From NCBI GenBank assembly GCA_016875335.1, contig VGRO01000001.1, positions 51,724 through 115,723 of the forward strand: a DNA stretch of 64,000 bases, in the 5' to 3' direction. Under the pieces are notes generated by a model, which searched no databases, was not told the origin of the DNA, and saw nothing but the letters and a program-made list of their open reading frames with translations. A program made the position numbers and the translations under genes. This stretch comes from Deltaproteobacteria bacterium (GTDB taxonomy: Bacteria > Myxococcota_A > UBA9042). Positions 19,322 to 29,986 of the stretch are shown piece after piece (within the stretch, counting starts at the first letter, position 1; each line of letters begins with the position of its first letter).

Positions 19322-20748
19322 CAGCGCACCTCGACCGCGGCGCAGCCGTCGGCCTGGGGCAGCACCGTCCAGGATGCCTTGGCGGGCTCGGGGTCGCCGC
19401 GCAAGGCCCAGGCAATGACGCCGATGAGCGCGATTGCGCCACCCGCCGCGGTCGCGGAAACGCCGATCGTGCGCCGCAAGGCGATATCCTTGGCCTGCCG
19501 GGTCGCTTCGGCGTAGCTCAGGTTCGGACGCTCGCCAGCGGCGATCCGGCCCCAGGTGCGGTCGTCGAGCTTGCGCCGGTCGGTTTCGGCGAGCAGCCAG
19601 ACCGCAGCTCCACCCAGGCCGGCGACCAACCCCACCACCGTCAGCACCTTGGGAGCGGCCGACGGTGCCGCCGCGGCCGCGTTCACGACCGACACGGGCG
19701 GTGCTGCGATGGTTGGCGGCGCGGCGGCGACGTGCACGGGTTTGCGCTCAGGCAGGAGCGACGCACGCCACGCGACGACTTGGGGGCGCTCGGGTGCATC
19801 CGCGGGCGCGGTCTGCAGGTAGCGGTCGAATACCGTCATCGCGGCCGGCCCCTTGCCTGCAATCTGCAGCGCGCGACCCTGGCGCCGCAACCAGTCGTGC
19901 TGGCTCGGGTCGAGTTCGTGGGCCTCGGCCCAAAGTTCGGCGGCCAGGCCGAACTGCCCCTCGCTTTCTGCGCGGCTCGCGACGTCGGCTTTGCGCAGCG
20001 CCAGTTGCCGCTGTACGTTGCCTAGACGTTCCTGAGCCTTGACACGGATCTCTGTGGGCTGGGCAACGTCGGCAGCCACGGCCGCGTACCGGTGCGATGC
20101 GCTCTCCAGGTTGCCTGCCAGCTGGTCGGCGTCGGCGGCTTCGAGCGCAGAGGCGTTCTGGTGGGACCGCGTCAGCTCAGCGCGCCAGGCCTCAACTTGA
20201 GCGCGGTCGCCGGCCGAGACGCCGGCAGTCTTGAGGTAACGCTCGTACGCGGCCGAGGCTTGCGCGTGTTTTCCGCCCAGGTGTGCCGCCCTGCCCAACC
20301 GCTTGATCCAGTCGGCGCGCTTGGGGTCGAGCGTCAGGGCTTCCGCCCACAGGGCGACTGCGGCATCGTACTGGCCTGCGGATTCGGCACTTGTGGCCTC
20401 GTCGGCGCGGCGCTCGGCCTTCTTGGCGAGCACCGCATCCAACTGGGTCTGGGCTTTGGCACGGGCTTGCGGTTCCAGGTCGGCCAGGGCCAGCATCTCG
20501 CGAAACAGGCGTTCGGCCTTGTCCAGTTGTCCGGCGAGTTGGAACGACCGCGCGGCATTGTACAGCGCCGGCACGGTCGTCTTGTCCACGCGCCAGATCT
20601 CGAGGAAAAGCTCAGCGGCGCGCTCGAAATTCCCGGCGTCGAGCTGCTTTTGCGCTGCCGCCAACAACGCCGCCACGGTCTTGCTCGCGGCGGGCGCCTG
20701 GCACCACGCGTTTGGCGCGGGCGACGCCACCGCCAGCGCCAGCGCCAT
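19318..20748 (-). CDS. Exported TPR-repeat protein with C-terminal hydrophobic segments
   Basis: Repeated TPR helices with an internal duplication (AVALWAEA/AAELWAEA); alternative start at 20790. Confidence 0.8.
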   Translation of the reverse strand: MALALAVASPAPNAWCQAPAASKTVAALLAAAQKQLDAGNFERAAELFLEIWRVDKTTVPALYNAARSFQLAGQLDKAERLFREMLALADLEPQARAKAQTQLDAVLAKKAERRADEATSAESAGQYDAAVALWAEALTLDPKRADWIKRLGRAAHLGGKHAQASAAYERYLKTAGVSAGDRAQVEAWRAELTRSHQNASALEAADADQLAGNLESASHRYAAVAADVAQPTEIRVKAQERLGNVQRQLALRKADVASRAESEGQFGLAAELWAEAHELDPSQHDWLRRQGRALQIAGKGPAAMTVFDRYLQTAPADAPERPQVVAWRASLLPERKPVHVAAAPPTIAAPPVSVVNAAAAAPSAAPKVLTVVGLVAGLGGAAVWLLAETDRRKLDDRTWGRIAAGERPNLSYAEATRQAKDIALRRTIGVSATAAGGAIALIGVIAWALRGDPEPAKASWTVLPQADGCAAVEVRW

Positions 20749-20758
20749 GCCGAGGCGG

Positions 20759-22387
20759 CTAGTCCATGTATTGGATTTTCGGCTTGCCATCGGTTGCGGG
20801 CTTGTCGGGCGTTGCGGGGCGCGCAGGTTTGGGTCTCGGGCGCGCGTCGGCCGCGGCGGGCCTGGGCGACGGAACAGACCGTGCAGGTATTCCATCCGCG
20901 GGCGCGGGTGCGGCCCCGGACGGGGCGGACGCCGGGCCGGCCGCGGGTTCAGGCGCCGCAGGTGCGGCGGTCGAGGCGGGACGAACGACGACTGGCTGGA
21001 GCGGCGCCGCAGTGGCAGCCGACGGGGCGATCGGCGGGGCCACGGCGGCCGCGGGCGTGGTGGGTTCGCCGAAGGGAGGATCAGCGGGCCGCGACACCAC
21101 GGCCGCGACAGCGACGGCCAAGGCGATGCAAACGGCCAGCATACCACCGATCAGCCACCGGTTGGCGCGCGGACGCGCAGGCACCGCCGCCGGGCCGGGG
21201 GGCGCCGCGACGGCCTGGGTTGGCTGGGCCAGCGTCGCCGGCGTCAGGGCCACCGTGTGCGCGCCCGGGTCGGCGACGACCGCCACCTCCGTCACCGGGG
21301 CCGCCGGCCGCAGCGAGACGCTGACCGGTGTTCCGGTGCCACCGAGGCTGCCTTCGAGGGCCCTGCGCATGGCGCGGCTGTCTTGCCAACGATCGCCGGG
21401 CAACTTGGCCAGGGCGCGCTCGACCGCGGCGACGAAGGCTTCGCCGAGCGGCGTCTGGGCCGCGCTGCGCAGGTCCGGAGGGGGTTCGTGCATGTGGGCG
21501 TTCAGCAGCGCGAACATGTCACCCTGGAATGGCAGTACACCGGTCACACACCGATAGAGGATGACGCCCAGAGAATACAGGTCGGAGCGCGCATCGAGGT
21601 CGGTTGCGCCATAGCACTGCTCCGGGCTCATGTACATGGGCGTGCCCATCAGGCGGGCACCTTGGGTCATGCCCGAGTTCTGTTGGCGCGCGATGCCGAA
21701 ATCGAGCACCTTGACGACCGGATCGTCTTCGCCGACGTCGTGCAAGATCAGGTTGTCGGGCTTGAGGTCGCGGTGCACGAGGCCAGCGCCATGGGCCTCC
21801 TGCAGCGACTTGAGCACCTGCACGCCGAGCGCCGCCGCCTGCGCCTCAGTCATCACCTGCCCGCCGTGGCGCAATTGCTTGAGGTATTTTTCCAGCGTCG
21901 GGCCGCGCAGGACCTCCATGGCCATGTACAACACGCCGTCGTCGTCCTGGCCAAAATCGTACAGCCGCACGGTATTGGGGTGACGCAGGTTGGCGGTGAC
22001 GCGCGCCTCTTGGAAAAAGCGAAAGTACGTCTCCTCGCCTGCGTCCTCTGGATCGAGGGCAAGCAGTTTGAGCGCGACCTGCTGGCCGCTGGCAGTGTGC
22101 CGGGCCTCGTAGACCGCGCCAAAGCCGCCTTTGCCCAAGCGGTTTTCGATGCGGTAGCGGCCTGCGATGACCGCGCCGGCTGGCAGTTGGGTGGCCCTGG
22201 CGACGTCAACACCGCGCAGTTCGAAGGTCGTCGTGCCGTCGGCCGGGCAGAGCCTTTCCGTGCTGGGAGCCCGGCATTGCGGACAGTAGCGCAGTCCGTT
22301 GAGCGGCCCTGCGCTCGCCAGGGCCAGCGTCGGCGATTCGCTTTCGTCAGCGGCGGCCAGCGCCTTGTCGTCCGCCACGGTGGGCAC
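20759..22387 (-). CDS. Membrane-anchored Ser/Thr protein kinase
   Basis: GKGGFGAVY, VALK, HRDLKPDN, DFG, GTPMYMSPEQ, DLYSLG; N-terminal CPQC; one TM. Confidence 0.95.
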   Translation of the reverse strand: MPTVADDKALAAADESESPTLALASAGPLNGLRYCPQCRAPSTERLCPADGTTTFELRGVDVARATQLPAGAVIAGRYRIENRLGKGGFGAVYEARHTASGQQVALKLLALDPEDAGEETYFRFFQEARVTANLRHPNTVRLYDFGQDDDGVLYMAMEVLRGPTLEKYLKQLRHGGQVMTEAQAAALGVQVLKSLQEAHGAGLVHRDLKPDNLILHDVGEDDPVVKVLDFGIARQQNSGMTQGARLMGTPMYMSPEQCYGATDLDARSDLYSLGVILYRCVTGVLPFQGDMFALLNAHMHEPPPDLRSAAQTPLGEAFVAAVERALAKLPGDRWQDSRAMRRALEGSLGGTGTPVSVSLRPAAPVTEVAVVADPGAHTVALTPATLAQPTQAVAAPPGPAAVPARPRANRWLIGGMLAVCIALAVAVAAVVSRPADPPFGEPTTPAAAVAPPIAPSAATAAPLQPVVVRPASTAAPAAPEPAAGPASAPSGAAPAPADGIPARSVPSPRPAAADARPRPKPARPATPDKPATDGKPKIQYMD

Positions 22388-22589
22388 CCACTCGCCGCGC
22401 CGCCGAACCGGTGGGCGGGCCGCCCGCCGATCTTGGACCCGCCCCGGCGACGGGTCAAGCCAGCTTCGGCTGCGGCTTGCGGTTTGCGGCACTTGACCGT
22501 CGCGCCGGTCGCGCGGAGACTACGCCGGCTTGCGGCCGTTCCGCTCGAGTTCCCCCAGCGGCACCGTGCTGGCGAACCATTGAGGACTG

Positions 22590-25165
22590 ATGCGATTTCA
22601 TTCCCTTGCGTGTGCGTGCGCCGTCCTGGTGGGCGGCGTCTTGGCCGCTACTGCCGTTCGCGCGGCGGTACCGTCGTTTGCCCAGGTCGAAGGCATCATG
22701 ACGTCGGCGGGCGGCGGCCCGGCCGCGGACGGCAGCTACAACGCTACCTTCGCGCTGTACGCCCAACAGGTGGGCGGCACGCCGCTGTGGACTGAATCGG
22801 GCGCGGTGTCCGTCAAGTCCGGCCAGTTCAGCTACCAACTGGGGGCAAGAACCCTGTTTCCGCCGCCGCGATCAACGGTGCGTCGCTGTGGCTCGGGGTA
22901 GCGGTCGCGGGCGACCCTGAATTGCCGCGCCAGGCTGTCGGTGCCGCCTTGTTCGCGCAGCGCGCCGCGGTGGCCGATGCCTTGGACTGCAGCGGGTGCG
23001 TCAAGGCGGCCGCGCTCGAGGCCAGCGTGCTGCAACCCTACGCGAAAGCGAGCGACCTGTCGGCCTACGCAAAGGCCAGCGACCTGTCCGGCTACGCCAA
23101 GGCCACCGACCTGGGCAACTACGCCAAGGCCAGCGACCTGGCCGACTACGTCAAGGCGTCTTCGCTCGCCTCGGTGGCGGCCAGCGGCAGCTTCAACGAT
23201 CTCAAAGACAAACCACAGCTGGCAGACGTCGCCAAGACGGGCGCGTATGGCGACCTCGGGGGCAAGCCAGTTCTGGCCAAGGTCGGCAGCAGTTGCGGCA
23301 CCGGGCTCGTGCTCAAAGGGTTCAAGGCCGACGGGTCATTGGACTGCGGAAAATTGGAGATCCCGCCGGACTACATCGACGAGGTCAGCAATGGCCTGCT
23401 CAACAACCAGTTCACCGACAAGTACGCGGGCGGCCTGCAAGTGCCGATTCCCGACGGCAACGGCGCCGGCACGACCGACACCATCGCGTTTCCGGACATC
23501 GGCATCGCCCAGGCCGTGTGGATTGAGGTCGACGCGTTCAACTCGGATCTGAGCAAGCTCAAAATCGAGCTTTTCGGCCCGGGCATGTCGACGCCCTACA
23601 CGCTCTACGAGGGCAGCAAGTCCGGCCAGACGCTCAAGGCGCTGTTCAACAAGGACACGCCCCTGGCCAAAGGCGACCTCGACGGAGACTGGCTCGGCAA
23701 GAACATCGCCGGCAACTGGTCGATCATCGTCAAGGATCCGCTCAAGAACCAGAACGTCGGCACCACCGACGGTTACTTCTCGTGGGCCATGTACGTCAAG
23801 ACCATGTCCAGCAAGAAGATCCTGGTCAAGGGCGACCTCATCGTCGAGGGCAACATCACCGGCCAGACCGCCACCAAGGGCACGCTCGGCTCGCGCATCG
23901 TGCACAAGTCTGGAAAATTCTACGGCTGGGACGACTTCACCGACCAGTGGCGCACGGTGCCGGGCATGGCCCTGCCGTTCCAGGCCACCGGCGGCCCGGT
24001 CCAAATCTCGTTCTCGTCCCCGATGTGTTGCGGGTCGCACCGCACGTGCCGGGCACTCATCGACGCGCTGCCTGCCGGCCTCTACTCGGTGTCCGACACG
24101 ACGTACAAGTGGCAAGACGGCTTGACGTACACGTGGGAGTCGAGCGGCACCTGGCGCATGTGGAACCCGACGCGGGTGTACGAAGGCATCGCTCCCGGCA
24201 ACCACATGCTGTCCTTTGAGTGCCTGAACGACTCGGCCGGTCAGGGCGGTTCGCGCATCGGCCACGAATCCATGGTGACGACCGGTCACGTCATCCCGTA
24301 CGACCCCAAGATCGAAAGCGAGGTCAAGGTGTACCAAGTCGCGTCGATTCCGAACCAGACCATGGGCGCAACCAACCAGTGGTTCAACGTCAACGGATTG
24401 TCGCTCAAGTTCCAGGCGCAAGGCGGGCCCGTGCGCATCGCGCTGACCGTGCCGATGACCGGCGGGTCGCACTCGGCATGCCGGCCGCTCATCGACGGCG
24501 TGCCCGCGGGCAAGGACGATGTCGACAACTTGTCGTACACTTGGCAAGAGGGCCTGATGTACGTCGGCGGTCCGTGGAACGTGTGGAACCGCACACGCGT
24601 GTACAACAAGGTGCCCGCAGGCGAACACACGCTGACTGTCCAGTGTCTGACCGATTCAGCGCCCTGCGCCTTGACCAACAACCGCATCTCGGCCCACGCT
24701 GCCGTGTGGACCTACAAGGCCGCGAGCGACGGCAACGCCACGGTCAAGGTGTATTCCGGCGCAGAACGCAAGGGCTACGCGAGCCCCAGCGCAAGCACGT
24801 GGCAGTCTTTGAACGGCAGTCCAGCAGGCAGCGGGCTCAACAACTTGGAATTTGTCGCCTTTGGCGGGCCTGTCGAATTGGGCGTTTCCGTTCCGCTCTA
24901 CCATGGCTCGCACTCAGCGTGCCGGTTTCTCGTCGACGACAAGCCGGTGGCCACGGGCGAACCGGATGACGTCAACTACCATTGGCAAGAGGGCCTGGTC
25001 TACACCAAGGGCCGCTGGCAGATGTGGGACCGGGTGCGCATGTATCGCACGATCGCGGCCGGAAAGCACACGCTGGGTATCGCTTGCCATAACGACGATG
25101 GCGGCGGTTCGATCGGCCACACCGACATGGTCTCGCACCTTTTCGCGGTAGCCTACGCCCCGTAG
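22590..25165 (+). CDS. Large secreted surface protein (P-domain-like module plus 3 repeated domains), split by a 1-nt frameshift near 22845
   Basis: The signal-peptide ORF (...FSYQLG) continues in the other frame as KNPVSAAAINGASLWLGVAVAGDPELPRQ into the 747-aa ORF; IPDGNG...GNWSIIVKD resembles a proprotein convertase P-domain. Confidence 0.8.
23039..23173 (+). repeat. In-frame 27-bp tandem repeat (YAKASDLxx x4 plus 1 degenerate)
   Basis: Units of the form TACGCNAARGCNASCGACCTG-N6. Confidence 0.92.
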
Positions 25166-25169
25166 CCGG

Positions 25170-25197
25170 CGGGCTGGTTCGGGCCCGGTTTTGATTT
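25170..25197 (+). terminator. Possible intrinsic terminator
   Basis: CGGGC/GCCCG stem followed by GTTTTGATTT just after the stop at 25165. Confidence 0.3.
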
Positions 25198-25367
25198 AGG
25201 GACTGGAAAATAATAAGTCGATCACTCTCACATCAGGACGGAGCCGCGAGTCGGACCTTTGGTCCGCGAGCTGGCGACCCACGGAGCAAGCAAACGGGCC
25301 CGAGAAATGATTGAGTAAATCATTTCCTGGCCCTTACTCAATCATTCCTTGGAATCCCTGGGGTCGG

Positions 25368-25390
25368 CCCCCCCCATTGTTCAGGGTGCT
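25368..25390 (-). repeat. Dispersed repeat, single copy
   Basis: C8-ATTGTTCAGGGTGCT on the plus strand. Confidence 0.88.
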
Positions 25391-25526
25391 GATAATACGC
25401 AGAAAACTCCGGCCGTGGCGATCGGCGCGACTGCCCCCTTGCCGCCGCCGCCGATTTCCGGCACCTTGCGCGCCCCGCGGCAGGCCAATTGCTGTCGTGC
25501 GCGGCAATTCTGGTCTGGGGCGGCGG

Positions 25527-26864
25527 ATGGGGTACGGGCACATTGGCAGGGCCACGGTCGCATGCGTGGCGCTGGGATTGGCGTTTGCGGCGTGCGGACG
25601 GCCGGTGGGGGTTGCCAGGCCAACGGACGCTGGGGCCTCGACCAGCGTCGACGTGGATCTGCCGGAGGCACCGACGCTGGCGGGTGCGGTGCCCGAACCT
25701 TCTGCGCCCAGCCCTACCGCCATCGACCCGATGCAGTTGCACATCGGCCGCGCGGTGTATGCGCGCTTTTGCGCTTTGTGCCACGGGCCGACCGCCGAAG
25801 GGTACGCCGCGGACAACGCGCCATCGCTGGTATCGCAGACGTTTTTGGAGAGCGCCAGCGACGCATTCTTGCATGCCAGCATCGCGCGGGGTCGCCCTGG
25901 GACGGCGATGGCCGGGTACGGCGCCGAGATCGGCGGCCCCCTCGCGGGGCAGCAGATCGACGCCATCGTGGCACTGTTGCGCAGCCGCGGCGTTGCGCCC
26001 CTGCACGTGCCGCCGAGGCCGGCCGCTGGCAATCCCGCAGCAGGCGAACTGCTGTACAACGCCAAGTGCGTCGAATGCCACGGCACGGTCGCGCAGCGCA
26101 TGAACGCTGTGCACCTTTTCAACCCTCAACTGTTGGCGTCGGCCGACGACGGGTTCCTGCGCCACGCCATCGAACGCGGCCGGCCGGGCACCCGGATGCT
26201 GCCGTTTGTGGGCGTTCTGTCGCCCGAGCAGATCGATGCGATTCTGGCGTACCTGCGCAAGGCCGCTCCGCCGTTGCCCGAGCGGCCCTCGCCCTGGATG
26301 CCGCCCAGCGATGCGACACCCCTGGCGCAACCAGCCACGGCGACCGAGCCTGGGATGCCTCCGGGCATGCCCGCGACGCCCAGGCCGACGGGTCCGGTCG
26401 TGCTCCATCCACACGGCAAGGCGCCGGTGTTCAAGCTGCGCGACGAACGCTACGCGCCCATCGATGCGGTGGCCAAGGCCCTCAAGGACAAGCGGCGCCT
26501 CATCGTGCTCGATGCGCGCGCACCGAGCGACTTCGACATGATGCACATCACGGGTTCCATCGTGACGCCGTACTACGACAAGAAATCGCTGGACGTCGTG
26601 CCCAACGACGGCACCTGGGTCATCGCCTATTGCGCGTGCCCGCACCATGCATCGGGCGAGGTGGTCGACGAGCTCAAGCGGCGCGGCCACAAGAACGTCG
26701 CCGTGCTCGACGAAGGGGTATTCGCCTGGAACGCCAAGGGTTACCCCGTGGTCAAGTCACCGAGCGCCCCGCAGTTTGCCGCGCCGCCGCCGCTCCCCGA
26801 CCCCCATGCCGGTCACGGACACGCTCATCCGGGGCATGGCGAACCGGGGCACCGGCCACACTGA
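25527..26864 (+). CDS. Di-heme cytochrome c - rhodanese fusion lipoprotein
   Basis: FAAC lipobox, CALCH and CVECH, GRPGT.M in each domain, VLDAR..HITGS..IAYCACPHH, His-rich tail. Confidence 0.9.
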   Translation: MGYGHIGRATVACVALGLAFAACGRPVGVARPTDAGASTSVDVDLPEAPTLAGAVPEPSAPSPTAIDPMQLHIGRAVYARFCALCHGPTAEGYAADNAPSLVSQTFLESASDAFLHASIARGRPGTAMAGYGAEIGGPLAGQQIDAIVALLRSRGVAPLHVPPRPAAGNPAAGELLYNAKCVECHGTVAQRMNAVHLFNPQLLASADDGFLRHAIERGRPGTRMLPFVGVLSPEQIDAILAYLRKAAPPLPERPSPWMPPSDATPLAQPATATEPGMPPGMPATPRPTGPVVLHPHGKAPVFKLRDERYAPIDAVAKALKDKRRLIVLDARAPSDFDMMHITGSIVTPYYDKKSLDVVPNDGTWVIAYCACPHHASGEVVDELKRRGHKNVAVLDEGVFAWNAKGYPVVKSPSAPQFAAPPPLPDPHAGHGHAHPGHGEPGHRPH

Positions 26865-26879
26865 CCCCGGGTGTGCGGG

Positions 26880-29825
26880 CTACAGATCCAGGTCCACCAC
26901 CTTGGGCGCCGGGGGCAGGTCCAGTTTGCTGCCGAAGTTGCGGTTCTCGGTGTTGCCCCAGGCCGCATTGCCGAACTGCGCAAACACGTCGGTCTGCTGA
27001 GGCACCACGATGCCAAAGTACCCGCCGACGAAGACACTGTGGTGCATGCTGCCCGGCGGCGGAGCCATCAGCGCCGCACCCGCCCGCTTGTAGCCGGTCG
27101 CCACCACGCGCGCCAGGGTCGCGGACCCGCTGCCGCTGACGAGCAAGGCATCGGCCACTTCGACGCCGTGTTTTCCCATTGCGGTCGTTCTGCTAAGGCT
27201 CTTTTCCGCGACAACCCCTGCAATCGCGAGGTCGGTCACCTGTAGCACCACGTCGTTGAGCGCAGAGAGCGCCGTGCCCGCGCATCCCTCCAGACGCGTG
27301 TGGCTGACCGAGACGAACGGGCCCAGGCCGGCTGCGATACCCAGGGCGCGCCGCGGATCCAACGGGGCAAACCCGCGACTCAGGGCGCGGCTGACCGACA
27401 GGAACGAAGCGCCCGTCACGCCGGCCGTCGCGCGCTCGTTGCCGAGCCAGCGGACGCCAACCGCGCGCAGTTGCCCGCCACGCTGCGACAGCGAGCCAAA
27501 GGCCGGCCAGCCCTGGGACGCGCCCCCGTCGACCAGGGTGTCGGACATGTGCATCACGCCACTGAGGTCGACCAAGGTGCCGATGCCCACCACGTCGCTG
27601 ACGCGCGCCCGGTGGATGCGCGCCCGCCCCTGATCGTGTGCGCCGACGCCGATGCCCATCGCGCTGCCGTCGATCGGGCGGACGCGGGCCACGAGCAGGC
27701 GGTCGACGACCAGACCGCCGCCATGGCTGACGGAAACCGCCATGCCGGTCGTGTCGATGACGCGAACCTCGTGCAGCGCCGAGTGGCTGCCGATGAGCGC
27801 GATGCCGCGACCGCTGCCGGGCACGGGCCGGCCGACGACGTGGTCCACCACCAAGTGGGCACCGTCGATGCGGCTGTCCGGGCCATCGGCGCCGACTCCG
27901 CAATCGTCGGTGTCCGTAGCGCGCACCCAGTCGACGGTGGCCTGGCTGCTGAACCGGACGTTGAGCGCGCAACCGGAAAAGTCGGCCTTGGCGTTGGTAG
28001 CCCGTGTCGAATCGAGCAGCGCGTGGTCCAGCGCGAGTCGCGTTTCGGCGTCGGCCGTCCAGATCGCCGAGTCGCGGTGGTGACTCAACCGGACCTCGCT
28101 CAACTGCACATGGGCGCCCTGGGCAACCAATGCGCCAAATGCCATCGACTCGGCCCCAGGGACACTGTGGTCGACGATGCCCGCGTGCACCTGGACGTCG
28201 GTCTGCGGGCCACCGAGCACCAACCCGACCCGCTCATTGTCGGTGACGCGCAGCGCGGCCGCGGTGAGACGGCCATTGTGCACGCCGATGGCCGCAGTAC
28301 TGGCGGCGTCGCCGGGAGCGTGGCGTGTCCTGGCCACAACCGTGCGCTGCAGCTCGGCATTCGCCGCACCCATGCGCACGGCCACACCGTAGCCCAGGTT
28401 GTCGACAAGGGCAGCCGCGTCGATGACGGCCGTGCCGCCCAATTCCACCAAGAGGCCTGTGCAATCATCGGGACCGGTCGGCAGGGGGCGCGTGCCGTCA
28501 ATTCGCAGCCGCTGCGCCGTGAGCTTGCTTGCCTGGTCGCGCACCTGCACGCCGGCGCGAAGGTTGCCGCGCAGGCGCACCTCGTACAACTCGAGCGCGG
28601 CCCCCGCCTGGGCAGCCGCGCCGAGCCCCAAGACGTTGACGGCTTGGGTGCCATCGACCACCGACTGGCGCAACTCGAGGTGGCTGCCGGGGCCGTGCGC
28701 GACCGCGCCAATCTCGCCGACCTGGGCGAAGAACACCCGCTCTGCGGTGGCCTGTCCACCGGCCAGGGCCGCGAGGCCGGGCTTGGGCGACTGGATCGTC
28801 ACGCCGCGCACGGTCACGGACCCACCGCCGCCAAGGGCGTAGAGCGCCGGATCGGGCCCCTGGCCGACGATGCGGACCATGGCCGCGCAACGGCCCGCGA
28901 TGGTCAGGCCTTTCTTGATTGGCAACGCAGGGATCTTGTGGTCGCCCGCCGCGAGCAGAAGTGTCGCGCCTTGGGGCGCTGTGTTGGCAGCCACCTGCAA
29001 GCTCGACCACGGTTTGGCCTGCGTGCCGTCGCCGCCAGGAGGCGCCTTGGGGTCCACGTACAGGACCTTGGGACCGGACACAGTCGGATAGGGAGCGCTG
29101 CCGCAGTCGGCAGCATCAGGTTGGCACGCGGCAAGCCCCGACGATGGACTGAGCGGCCCCTGCGGCAAAAAGCCCGGTGGGCACACCCACGGCACGCCTG
29201 CCCGCACACAGCCGGTCGGCGTCGGCGTGGCTGTGCAGTCGGGGTCGACCGACCGGCACAGGCGAGGCAGTTGGCCATCGTGCGCACCGCAGAACCAGGT
29301 CTCGTCGGCGGGCGGCAGCGGACCCGGTTGCGGGTAGGCGAGGTCCAGGTCGCCGAGTTCGGGCACGGCCGGCGCGCTGCGCAGGGCGTCGTCTGCCCAC
29401 AAGCCAGCCGGGCGGCACGTGCCGCTCGAATCGGGGTACTGCCCGGCGAGACAGCCCTTGCCGGCGGCGATTTCCTGCGCGGTGCAGGCACGGGCTGTGG
29501 GGCCGCAACTGGTGTCGGTTGCCGCGCACGCGGGTCCGACCGATTCGGTCAGGCACCAGCGCGGGTGGCAGCCCTGCGGGTCGTCGAGCACCGTGGACGC
29601 GCACTCCGGCGGTCCAACCGCGGTGCAGGTGTGAGCTGCCGGGTCATGGACGTGACCTGCCGGGCAACAGCCGCCTTCTGGCATCACAGCGACCGGATGG
29701 CATGGCAGAGTTGCGTCCGCAACCGCACTTGCGTCGGCCACCGGCGCGCCGACCGGGGCCCGGTCTGACCCGCAGCCGCTTGCGATGGCGACAAGGGACT
29801 GCAAGACCATACGCCGGTCAATCAT
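26880..29825 (-). CDS. Lipoprotein with Cys-rich N-domain and right-handed beta-helix repeats
   Basis: ASGC lipobox, YVDP.A..GGDGTQAKPWSSLQ.A, IAGRCAA.VRI, repeated beta-helix-like segments. Confidence 0.82.
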   Translation of the reverse strand: MIDRRMVLQSLVAIASGCGSDRAPVGAPVADASAVADATLPCHPVAVMPEGGCCPAGHVHDPAAHTCTAVGPPECASTVLDDPQGCHPRWCLTESVGPACAATDTSCGPTARACTAQEIAAGKGCLAGQYPDSSGTCRPAGLWADDALRSAPAVPELGDLDLAYPQPGPLPPADETWFCGAHDGQLPRLCRSVDPDCTATPTPTGCVRAGVPWVCPPGFLPQGPLSPSSGLAACQPDAADCGSAPYPTVSGPKVLYVDPKAPPGGDGTQAKPWSSLQVAANTAPQGATLLLAAGDHKIPALPIKKGLTIAGRCAAMVRIVGQGPDPALYALGGGGSVTVRGVTIQSPKPGLAALAGGQATAERVFFAQVGEIGAVAHGPGSHLELRQSVVDGTQAVNVLGLGAAAQAGAALELYEVRLRGNLRAGVQVRDQASKLTAQRLRIDGTRPLPTGPDDCTGLLVELGGTAVIDAAALVDNLGYGVAVRMGAANAELQRTVVARTRHAPGDAASTAAIGVHNGRLTAAALRVTDNERVGLVLGGPQTDVQVHAGIVDHSVPGAESMAFGALVAQGAHVQLSEVRLSHHRDSAIWTADAETRLALDHALLDSTRATNAKADFSGCALNVRFSSQATVDWVRATDTDDCGVGADGPDSRIDGAHLVVDHVVGRPVPGSGRGIALIGSHSALHEVRVIDTTGMAVSVSHGGGLVVDRLLVARVRPIDGSAMGIGVGAHDQGRARIHRARVSDVVGIGTLVDLSGVMHMSDTLVDGGASQGWPAFGSLSQRGGQLRAVGVRWLGNERATAGVTGASFLSVSRALSRGFAPLDPRRALGIAAGLGPFVSVSHTRLEGCAGTALSALNDVVLQVTDLAIAGVVAEKSLSRTTAMGKHGVEVADALLVSGSGSATLARVVATGYKRAGAALMAPPPGSMHHSVFVGGYFGIVVPQQTDVFAQFGNAAWGNTENRNFGSKLDLPPAPKVVDLDL

Positions 29826-29986
29826 CGGACGAACTGGAGCCGCGGGTCGACCCTCCGGGATCAGCGCGGGCGACCCATCCAGCCAGCACAGCGGGCCACG
29901 GCGGGATGGCGCAAGTCATTTCCGGTCCCCACGAGGGGCAAGCAAGTAGCGCTCCCGCAGCCATGCGCAGCAGTCGCGGTTCGCGC

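Noticed and set aside
25222-25292. Glycine riboswitch (ACTCTCA..AGGACGGAG, CGGAGCAA)
   Set aside because: Only fragmentary similarity, no complete aptamer, and unrelated downstream gene
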